Made by a program: the position numbers and the translations under genes
Shown: in pieces, positions 49,751 through 57,338 of the stretch
Layout of the letters: the number at the start of each line of letters is the position of its first letter
How positions within the stretch are numbered: the stretch's first letter is position 1
Notes under the pieces: generated by a model
What the model was told of the DNA's origin: nothing
What the model saw: the letters and a program-made list of their open reading frames with translations, nothing else
The model's database searches: none
From: a virus
Virus record (IMG/VR): IMGVR_UViG_3300013006_000020
Span: 32,001 to 96,000 of that record
Length of the DNA: 64,000 nt
Strand: one strand, 5' to 3'

Positions 49751-50557
49751 ATGTCAGATTCAATTGAAAATAAACTCCGTAATATTTCAAAGTCAGTTAA
49801 AGCACCGCCAATTCCAACTCTTTTACGAAGGCCTGAAAAAGTAGATGAAAGTCTCATGGTCGGTGGAGGCGGTGGTGGCTCTTATAGCATTTGTGGAGTA
49901 GAAATTCCAAATGATGATAATTACACTATATTTATGGTGTACACCACTATAATTAGTGCCATGTATTGCAGAGAAGCACCGGTCGCCGGGTGCTACACCG
50001 TGTTCGTTGGCCAACCATTTGATGGTTCGATAACTGGCGAAGGCCAAGTTACTGACCGAGATCTGCCTTTAACTTGGCAAAGAAACCACCCTGAATTTGA
50101 CCCTGCAGATCCAGGCACTTGGGGTTCCGTATTTGGTCCTGGTGGTCTAGCTGAAAGATATGTAAGATTCTGGAATTGCAACGAGGCTGATGGCGGTATG
50201 GACGGAAATGGACCATGCTCCAACGGCTATGATCTTGCTAAAATTGCACGACTGGTTGAGATAATTCGTCAGCTTTATATTGCTAAATGCGGATTTGCTG
50301 TATCTTCAGCGGGAGCTTGTTGCGCGCCAGCTGGAGAATTTGGTGGCTTTACTTGTACAGAAGTCGCTGGAACAAATAACTGTCAGGGGAATTTTTACCC
50401 AGGACAAAGCTGTCAACAAATCGGTGGCAACAATTGCGGTTTAGCGCCAAATCCACTTCAGCAAAACCCAAACGAGCAAAAGATGCGAAACCGAGACGAG
50501 CAAAAGAAAGTTGCTGGTGAGTTAATAAAACAACTGAGGTTATTTACAAAAAAATAA
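49751..50557 (+). CDS. Array paralog 4 (core B + GACC module)
   Basis: ATG 49751; own GTGTAT motif at 49727. Confidence 0.8.
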   Translation: MSDSIENKLRNISKSVKAPPIPTLLRRPEKVDESLMVGGGGGGSYSICGVEIPNDDNYTIFMVYTTIISAMYCREAPVAGCYTVFVGQPFDGSITGEGQVTDRDLPLTWQRNHPEFDPADPGTWGSVFGPGGLAERYVRFWNCNEADGGMDGNGPCSNGYDLAKIARLVEIIRQLYIAKCGFAVSSAGACCAPAGEFGGFTCTEVAGTNNCQGNFYPGQSCQQIGGNNCGLAPNPLQQNPNEQKMRNRDEQKKVAGELIKQLRLFTKK

Positions 50558-50561
50558 AACA

Positions 50562-50918
50562 ATGAAAAACTACATCGCAAAACTTAATATTGCTGCTGCA
50601 GAGTACTTTACAGTTGCCGGTATGGCAAGACACGTTTGCGTATATTGCTCAGCTTCAGGTTCAGCCTCAGGTTTTTATAAACCAGACCGTGTTATTGTTA
50701 GTGCGACAGGCGATAGATGTAGAGGAAACTATACGCTATCTTATGATATACCAGCAAGCCCTTCTGGAACCTGCGAATACGCTTTTTGCCAGAACGTATC
50801 TGGTGTTGTAATAGGGCGTATTGGGGCTTATTATTGCTCATCACAGCCCCCTGTTTTTAGTACACCAATTCCATCGAGAGTTACACCACAAGCTGCACCG
50901 CCATTTAGAATGATGTAA
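50562..50918 (+). CDS. Small Cys-rich protein with leader
   Basis: MKNYIAKLNIAAA; 6 Cys. Confidence 0.6.
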   Translation: MKNYIAKLNIAAAEYFTVAGMARHVCVYCSASGSASGFYKPDRVIVSATGDRCRGNYTLSYDIPASPSGTCEYAFCQNVSGVVIGRIGAYYCSSQPPVFSTPIPSRVTPQAAPPFRMM

Positions 50919-50921
50919 AGA

Positions 50922-51398
50922 TTATCTTATAAAACTTTCTATGGGCCTGAGTACACGCTGCTCAAGCCCATATGTTTTTCCATAACCAAGATCAATCAAG
51001 TTTTTGTCTTGTATAAGATCTGCAGAAGAACACCATCCAACTATGTTATAGTTTGGTCGCTGACCAACAATTAAAACGTAAACATCTGAAGGTGTTTCGC
51101 TCTTGGATCGTCTAGCCAAAAGTTTACCGGATTTATACTTAGTTGTTTTAATATCAATCTTCTTGCCGTTAAATAGTACATCATCACCGCCCTTTCGGGG
51201 GCTAATTGACATATCTGGATACAGATTTACCGCCTTGCAAAAGGCAAACTCTCCACATATTCCCTCTAGGTCTGTTTCTTCACATGACTGAGGACCAATC
51301 TTTTTATCAGAAACGCCCCCGTTTCTATTGGAGGCGTATCTGTTTTTCGCAAGCCATTCACATATTTTTATTTCAGATTCAGTTAGCTTTACTATCAT
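50922..51398 (-). CDS. Putative PD-(D/E)XK-fold protein
   Basis: G..GEFAF...GGDD....KIDIKTT...DVYVL. Confidence 0.5.
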   Translation of the reverse strand: MIVKLTESEIKICEWLAKNRYASNRNGGVSDKKIGPQSCEETDLEGICGEFAFCKAVNLYPDMSISPRKGGDDVLFNGKKIDIKTTKYKSGKLLARRSKSETPSDVYVLIVGQRPNYNIVGWCSSADLIQDKNLIDLGYGKTYGLEQRVLRPIESFIR

Positions 51399-52569
51399 TT
51401 TTAGGAACTTTCATTACACAAAGATTTTCATTAAGTCCTTCAAGTATAACAGGCCGTCTTCCATTTGAAGTGGCAATTTCATAAAACCCAAGTGTGGCAG
51501 CATACACAGTTCTAAATTTAAAATCATCAATTGCAACAATAATATCACCACTAAATTGCAATGTGTTTTTCATATCTTCTAATGCTGTTTCGTAGGAATG
51601 ACCACCATCAATAAAAATAAATGCTGTTTTGTCTGGGTTATTTATTTTTTCAATTACACCTGGAAGAGTTTGTGTGGACGCTCCTTGTACAAGTGAGATT
51701 GATGTTGATGGACTAAATAGTGGTGATATAGTATTGACAATATCTTTGGCTTCTTCTATTGATAGAGGCTTTTCCTCTGGCGGAAGTTCGTTGACTGATG
51801 CGGAATCAAAAAGATCTAGGAAAAAATACGAAGTTGCTTGTGATGACATCAGTACATCTATCGATGTTCCAAGTCTATAGCACCCAATTTCAATATAAAA
51901 ATCTGGATTGAAATATTTAACGCACTTTATAATGTCATCTAATTTATCTAAAAGAATGCTTTTGATCTTCTTTGCGTTTTCATTTCGCTTAAAAAGAACG
52001 TCAATTTGAACTATGGTTTTACCAAATTTATTTTCACCAACAACATAATGTGGAAGGAAACCAATAGACATCATCTTCTTGGTTATTCCCTGCATTCTTT
52101 CCGAACCTTTATTGTACTCAACAACAGGAAGCTCAAGAAGAACCCACTTTGCCTTTTGTATAACACTTTCGCCACCACAAATTATTGGCATTTCCGATCC
52201 CTGAGTATCGATTTTAATTAGATCAAAATCGCTATCACCAAGAAGATCATCAAGTCTGATTGTCTCTAAATTAATAGTATCGTATTGTCCATCCTCGTAA
52301 AATTGAGTATTTTCTTTAAAGAAAGAAGCGCCTTGACAGGTTTTTTCGGAGCTATTAATAAAGAAGCTTTTGTTTGTTTGTTCGTTACCAAGAGCACAAA
52401 TTAAATAGTCAGCACCACACTCCCGCAATGAGTCTTCGCATCTTGGATTTGCTTCAATAGACAAGATCTTTGCTTGCGGATTTATTGATTTATACTCAAG
52501 AAAGGTTTGTCCTATATTGGCCCCTATGTCAAGTATCTTTTTTGATTCTTTAATTATTTGCTCAAGCAT
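51379..52569 (-). CDS. FkbM-family methyltransferase fused to a second class I MTase domain
   Basis: LDIGANIG, IKIDTQGSE; second domain YIEIGCY..FIFIDGGHSYE..IDD. Confidence 0.85.
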   Translation of the reverse strand: MLEQIIKESKKILDIGANIGQTFLEYKSINPQAKILSIEANPRCEDSLRECGADYLICALGNEQTNKSFFINSSEKTCQGASFFKENTQFYEDGQYDTINLETIRLDDLLGDSDFDLIKIDTQGSEMPIICGGESVIQKAKWVLLELPVVEYNKGSERMQGITKKMMSIGFLPHYVVGENKFGKTIVQIDVLFKRNENAKKIKSILLDKLDDIIKCVKYFNPDFYIEIGCYRLGTSIDVLMSSQATSYFFLDLFDSASVNELPPEEKPLSIEEAKDIVNTISPLFSPSTSISLVQGASTQTLPGVIEKINNPDKTAFIFIDGGHSYETALEDMKNTLQFSGDIIVAIDDFKFRTVYAATLGFYEIATSNGRRPVILEGLNENLCVMKVPKNDSKAN

Positions 52570-53461
52570 TTATTTTTCTCGCTTGCAATATTTTAGCCAT
52601 TTGATTAAATGAGTCTATGCCGTGATTTGGATTTTGAATATCTGCAAAACCAAAGCTGCAGGCTCCAACATTTTCATTTACTAATAGCCGGCAACCACAC
52701 ATTGATGCTTCTACAACGGTACGCGCAGAAGCCTCTTTCCAATTGGGCAAATGCAAGAAGAATTTTGCTGCATTCATTGCTTTGGCAACTTCTTCTGGTG
52801 TTCCAACCCCTATATAGTTTTCTGGATCTATAAGAGATAGATCTCCTCGTCCTATAAACTTTATGTTGTTTCCAAACATATATTGAGCCTCAACAACACC
52901 TTTTGCTTCAGTTATTGCTCCAACGTAAAGTACATTTATAGGTCTTTCGGATTCTGTGTTGTAGAATATCTTGTGATCCACCTTTTGAAAGTAGTTAAAT
53001 CCATTTGGAATAATACCACCAATAAAACGACACCACTCGTGATAATGAAGTGGACTCAAGAAGATATTTGCAAAACTATTGCTCATAAGAGCAGCCATAA
53101 ATGTTTTTATAGCATTAGGTTGATATCTATCACTATCAGCAAGTCTCCAGCCACCGTAATCTTCTGGTGTTGCACCAGTGTATGCGCATTCAAAAACAAC
53201 TGTTGGGGTCTTAGTATTTAAGAATTGTTTTTGCTCGCTAGGACCAAACCATTTTGATCCGCTTGGGTCGTTAAATAGATCAAAGAAAATACAAAGATCA
53301 GCTCTTTCAGGTTCTTGAAATTGATCATTTGGAGTTATAATATTGACGTAATAACCAACGTTCTTAAGAGCCTGTATCAAATCTCTTCCAGTTGTATGAC
53401 CACCGCTCAAATAATAATCATCGCTAAGTGGGCTTATAATAGTATATATATTTGCTATCAC
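52562..53461 (-). CDS. Glycosyltransferase family 4-like
   Basis: LYVGAITEAKG, HLPNWKEASARTVVEASMCG. Confidence 0.8.
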   Translation of the reverse strand: MIANIYTIISPLSDDYYLSGGHTTGRDLIQALKNVGYYVNIITPNDQFQEPERADLCIFFDLFNDPSGSKWFGPSEQKQFLNTKTPTVVFECAYTGATPEDYGGWRLADSDRYQPNAIKTFMAALMSNSFANIFLSPLHYHEWCRFIGGIIPNGFNYFQKVDHKIFYNTESERPINVLYVGAITEAKGVVEAQYMFGNNIKFIGRGDLSLIDPENYIGVGTPEEVAKAMNAAKFFLHLPNWKEASARTVVEASMCGCRLLVNENVGACSFGFADIQNPNHGIDSFNQMAKILQARKINA

Positions 53462-53475
53462 GAGTATAGTATAGC

Positions 53476-53498
53476 AAAAACCGGCATTTCTGCCGGTT
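53476..53498 (-). terminator. Rho-independent terminator closing the 53.5-55.1 kb island
   Basis: AACCGGCA-GAAA-TGCCGGTT plus T-run on - strand. Confidence 0.75.
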
Positions 53499-53522
53499 CT
53501 TGTTTTAAGTGTTTAGTTTTAT

Positions 53523-53903
53523 TTACTTATCGCCAATAAAGTTATCTCTCACTGCAGAAATGTAATCTGCAGCAAGTGTTATTTTACCAAGCATCCAAGC
53601 TTCTATTTCTTTACCCTGTTCTACATGCTGAGCAATCTCGCCAGCGTTTACAATAAGTGCGTTTATATCACTCATAAACATTTCTTTGGTTTCTTCATCG
53701 ACCTCAGAAGTGTCCATTTCTTCCATTTCTGGCATCTCTTCTTCGCCCATCTCCATAGGCATTTGCATAGCCTCTGGAGACATAGCAGGGGCATCATCAC
53801 CCATTTGAGTCTGCTGCATCATCATTGGCATTTGTGTCATGCCCATCTCGTCTTGACCAACGGCGTGTTGAAGTTTTGAAATCAGGTCTTTAATATTTGA
53901 CAT
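53523..53903 (-). CDS. Putative internal head protein (Met/Glu-rich)
   Basis: Leader MSNIKDLISKLQHA; C-term EAWMLGKITLAADYISAVRD motif recalled from large-phage proteins. Confidence 0.55.
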   Translation of the reverse strand: MSNIKDLISKLQHAVGQDEMGMTQMPMMMQQTQMGDDAPAMSPEAMQMPMEMGEEEMPEMEEMDTSEVDEETKEMFMSDINALIVNAGEIAQHVEQGKEIEAWMLGKITLAADYISAVRDNFIGDK

Positions 53904-53911
53904 GTTTATCC

Positions 53912-54517
53912 TTATTCTAGGTAGTTATTGTTTCTAGTTCCAGGGATTATTCTTCTGGCCTTAATGCTAAACATTACACCCGAAGCTTCATCTGGAGTTC
54001 CTTCAAACTTTAAACCAACGGATTGGTTTCTAGCAACAGTTCTAGCAGTATCTGATAGCAAAACGCCAGTTGCAACGGTGTGAGCCGCTGTTGTTAAACT
54101 CATCGCAGAAGTAATGGCTGTACCATTATCAAAAGCAGTTCCGCTATTTGATTTGAAGAGTGTTGCTGAAAGTGAGGCAACGTTTGGGCTGCTTGATCTA
54201 AATCTTATGCTGTCAATGATGAAATCGTGCTCTGCTATAAATATTCCACCATTACCAGTAAAGCACTCTGATGGAGAGTTAAACTTAATGGAAATAGTTT
54301 CATCATCATCATCCATCTGCATTGATCTACCGCCGAATGATTCTGTGGTACCAGCTGAAACTTGCAGTTGTTTTGGACCTCTAAAGGAAGTAAACGCCTT
54401 GCTTGGCTGTGTGTTAAACACGGATTGATTTTCAATACCGTTGTTAATACCAACGTCTCTCCCAGAGCCTTTAAAGACGCTTTTATTGTTATTTAATGTT
54501 GTTATGTTTGTTGACAT
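53912..54517 (-). CDS. Putative virion structural protein
   Basis: Beta-rich S/T composition, in GTGTAT-led island. Confidence 0.5.
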   Translation of the reverse strand: MSTNITTLNNNKSVFKGSGRDVGINNGIENQSVFNTQPSKAFTSFRGPKQLQVSAGTTESFGGRSMQMDDDDETISIKFNSPSECFTGNGGIFIAEHDFIIDSIRFRSSSPNVASLSATLFKSNSGTAFDNGTAITSAMSLTTAAHTVATGVLLSDTARTVARNQSVGLKFEGTPDEASGVMFSIKARRIIPGTRNNNYLE

Positions 54518-54529
54518 TTTTTATGCCTT

Positions 54530-55144
54530 TTATCCTTTGCCTACGCTGAATACTTCAACCCCACCTATTGATTTGTTTCCGCCAGTGTACTTTGTGTAGT
54601 AAGTAAGACCCTTATTTCTAACGTATGTCTCATTACCAGAGGCTGTATCTGCATTAAAAGTTGTGGATGTGGGTTCAGCGTTAGCGGCTTTGTCGCCAAG
54701 AATTGCTATGTTAGATCCGTTAACTTCAAGAACACGACCGTAAAGATCTATCCATCTAGTGTTTTCACCATCCTGCTTGTTCTCTTTAAGATCGTATTGT
54801 TTAATTAGGCTGTATGTTCTTGTGCCGCCATCAGGAACTCGCTCTACACTGCCAGCCAATGGCTGAGCAGAAGCGAGAGCTGTATCCCCAGGCTTTCTTC
54901 GGAATTCTGACTGGGCGAAGCCAGCAACTCTTGCAGTGAATGAACCAGCAGCAAAAGTTCTTTCTACATAGCTTGGTACAGAGACATCTGCCTTTGAAAG
55001 GCTAGAAAAATTACCAAGCTTATCAAATGTTGCGCTTGGTGGAGTGTCTTGATTTCTTCTGATACCAAGGCCGCGAGCGGTCTGAGCGTAGTTTGATTCA
55101 GCGGTTGTGTATGTGGTTGCACTAGAAGTTGATTTGGTTGCCAT
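54530..55144 (-). CDS. Putative virion structural protein
   Basis: GTGTAT at 55170 plus GAGGA RBS; S/T/A-rich. Confidence 0.5.
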   Translation of the reverse strand: MATKSTSSATTYTTAESNYAQTARGLGIRRNQDTPPSATFDKLGNFSSLSKADVSVPSYVERTFAAGSFTARVAGFAQSEFRRKPGDTALASAQPLAGSVERVPDGGTRTYSLIKQYDLKENKQDGENTRWIDLYGRVLEVNGSNIAILGDKAANAEPTSTTFNADTASGNETYVRNKGLTYYTKYTGGNKSIGGVEVFSVGKG

Positions 55145-55191
55145 TTTTATCCTCTTGTTTTAAAATACACTAGTTTGTTTTTTAATACCAA

Positions 55192-55869
55192 TCATAATTT
55201 ATCTAGTAGAAGCTTTGGAATTGCCGCCGATGGAGTTCCTACAAGCTTATATCCCATGTCAAATATGGTAAATATATTCCCTATTTTATTAGGGACAGAA
55301 CCAAAGTATTCGTAGTTTTCAAAACCAGACACCTTACATATTTTGGATGCCTGCTTTATCTCTTTGAGGTCTTTTGGATTAGAAAGAAAACCAGAAAAAA
55401 CAAGCCGTATATCTTCATACGGAGCAATTACACTAAGAAGCTTAGACAGTTGCTCGTCGGATTTAAGCCAAGAAAACTCCACCGCAACTCTCTTTTCAAC
55501 CGCAGATAAATCAGATAGCTCAAGCAAAAACTCCCTTATTTTTTCGTAATTACAAGACTCAACATCATTTTTATCTAAACTAGTAATTACCCCCATACAC
55601 GAACTACCCCTAATAGAAAAGGTCTTAACAAGACAGTCTAGTACACTATCTTTGCTAAGACCCTGATACGGGTAGTTGATTGACGCTATAAGGTGGTTAT
55701 TTTGTGGAAGTCCAGGCTCAAATAAATCTAAAGACGCAGTATCAACAACACAGCCATAAAAGCCATGTTCGTTGACAAATGCGTAATCATAAACAATCTT
55801 ATTGCCGTTCGACTTTAGCGACAGGCTTGTTATGATTATTTTCTCTAGTAGTTCCTGCCGTTTTGACAT
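55192..55869 (-). CDS. DeoC-like TIM-barrel protein (divergent)
   Basis: GCVVD...LIASINYPYQG resembles DeoC V..FP.G; C-term GYKLVGTPS. Confidence 0.45.
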   Translation of the reverse strand: MSKRQELLEKIIITSLSLKSNGNKIVYDYAFVNEHGFYGCVVDTASLDLFEPGLPQNNHLIASINYPYQGLSKDSVLDCLVKTFSIRGSSCMGVITSLDKNDVESCNYEKIREFLLELSDLSAVEKRVAVEFSWLKSDEQLSKLLSVIAPYEDIRLVFSGFLSNPKDLKEIKQASKICKVSGFENYEYFGSVPNKIGNIFTIFDMGYKLVGTPSAAIPKLLLDKL

Positions 55870-56572
55870 TTTTTAACTGCTCCCAACAAACCGGAAATAA
55901 CGGCGCGATTATCTTACTTATTGCGTCGGCATATTCTCTAACTTCCCACTGCGCGTGCTGGTCAGATCTTTGTAGATATACACGTGAGTAAGCCGCCAAA
56001 GAACCTGTCCACCACCATTCCGTGTAAGTTCCTTGGGGAAGCACTGATCTTGCTTGCTCTGGAGCAACACCATGAGCTAATAGTTCTTCATAACTCCACA
56101 TAGATTCCTCGACTGCCATTTGGTAGTGACGATTAATAGTATCAAGATCCTCATTAAATTCAAGAAAATCTTCTGACCCTTGCTTTGCCCCATTGACTGG
56201 AGCACCACGCCAACGCGGCTGATATACCTGTGGCGTATCTGAAACATAACGACGACTTACTTCATTTTCAGTAAAACCAACCTTGTGCTTAAAAAGCTGT
56301 GTGCGTACAAAGATTGGAGCTTTAATTCGCAGAGTAATCTGAGGATGCGAAAATGGTGTCCAGTGCTTGTGTTCAGCAAGATATTTAATTAGATTCTTGT
56401 CTTTTTGTGAAAGTGTTTTAACTGGGCTTTCATCACTTTCCCCGAATGGATAGTCCATCGCCCAATCACTCTCTTTGTTAAAAGACACTCGAGCTGAATT
56501 TACAACCGTTAAATCACTACCCATATGCTCAACAAGCTGAACATGTCCGTGGTCAAGAATCTTTATCTTCAT
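55799..56572 (-). CDS. thyX: Flavin-dependent thymidylate synthase
   Basis: VNSARVSF, HWTPFSH, KHK....NEVSRRY, EQARSVLP, HAQWEVR. Confidence 0.93.
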   Translation of the reverse strand: MKIKILDHGHVQLVEHMGSDLTVVNSARVSFNKESDWAMDYPFGESDESPVKTLSQKDKNLIKYLAEHKHWTPFSHPQITLRIKAPIFVRTQLFKHKVGFTENEVSRRYVSDTPQVYQPRWRGAPVNGAKQGSEDFLEFNEDLDTINRHYQMAVEESMWSYEELLAHGVAPEQARSVLPQGTYTEWWWTGSLAAYSRVYLQRSDQHAQWEVREYADAISKIIAPLFPVCWEQLKNVKTAGTTRENNHNKPVAKVERQ

Positions 56573-56996
56573 TTTCTTTCGCTTTCTCGCTTATATGATC
56601 TCTATATGCTTTATTAAACTGCTGTTTTATTTGAGTTTCATCAAACTGCTCTGCTATTGTCACGAACATTCGATAGGGTGATTTTACTAATATTTTCTCT
56701 ACACCATCTATGGAACCAAGTGAATCAGCCATATCATAAGTGATGGGAAAATTTACAAACACCATAAAGTCATTACTTTTTCTAAAAGCACATTGCGGAC
56801 TAAAAAGAGGCAGGAGGTCTCCATTTACTTCTATTGTCTTTGGAAACGGAGAATCCTCATCAGCGGAATCAAATATTCTCTTAGAATTTGGATCGTGACA
56901 TCTGCTCATTTCACCAGTTGGTTCATTACAGATAGGACATAATTTTTTTTCCCAGCGAATCTCTGGCTTTTTTGTCCAGTCAACTTTCTTTTTCAT
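56553..56996 (-). CDS. Hypothetical protein
   Basis: CPIC motif; IDGVEKI...SPYR. Confidence 0.55.
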   Translation of the reverse strand: MKKKVDWTKKPEIRWEKKLCPICNEPTGEMSRCHDPNSKRIFDSADEDSPFPKTIEVNGDLLPLFSPQCAFRKSNDFMVFVNFPITYDMADSLGSIDGVEKILVKSPYRMFVTIAEQFDETQIKQQFNKAYRDHISEKAKENEDKDS

Positions 56997-57069
56997 TTTG
57001 TTTCTTGTATATTGTGGCGCACAAGCTTGGTAAAAACAACAAAACTTTTCTCTTTTACCATATCAATTA

Positions 57070-57183
57070 TTATTTTTTGTATGTCTCTTTAAAGTAAATT
57101 AAGACTTCTGCAATCCCAAGAGCAATGAAGGGTAGTAAGGTGGCACAAGCAAACCACCAAAATGGTACGGTTTGTTCTACCAT
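57070..57183 (-). CDS. Small membrane peptide (37 aa)
   Basis: Hand-translated MVEQTVPFWWFACATLLPFIALGIAEVLIYF; TAATG-coupled. Confidence 0.45.
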   Translation of the reverse strand: MVEQTVPFWWFACATLLPFIALGIAEVLIYFKETYKK

Positions 57184-57338
57184 TAGACTTCACATCCTGT
57201 TTTTCTTCTCTTTGTGATAAATTGTTTTATCATTCCTTCAATGCCACCAAATAGCATAAAAGGAATTATAATCATAAAACAAATAGTGAGTACAGACACT
57301 CTTTTAAATTCTTCAATAAAAAGATCAATGGATCGCAT
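57183..57338 (-). CDS. Small membrane protein (51 aa)
   Basis: Hand-translated MRSIDLF...VLTICFMIIIPFMLFGG. Confidence 0.45.
   Translation of the reverse strand: MRSIDLFIEEFKRVSVLTICFMIIIPFMLFGGIEGMIKQFITKRRKTGCEV

Noticed and set aside
46999-50557. Diversity-generating retroelement acting on the paralog array
   Set aside because: No reverse transcriptase or non-coding template repeat in the window; differences between copies include many synonymous non-adenine changes
46999-50557. RiPP/bacteriocin precursors with double-glycine leaders (KGGSG, KGGG, VGGGG)
   Set aside because: Products would be over 200 aa, paralog 3 lacks the GG, and no peptidase-ABC transporter or modifying enzyme is adjacent
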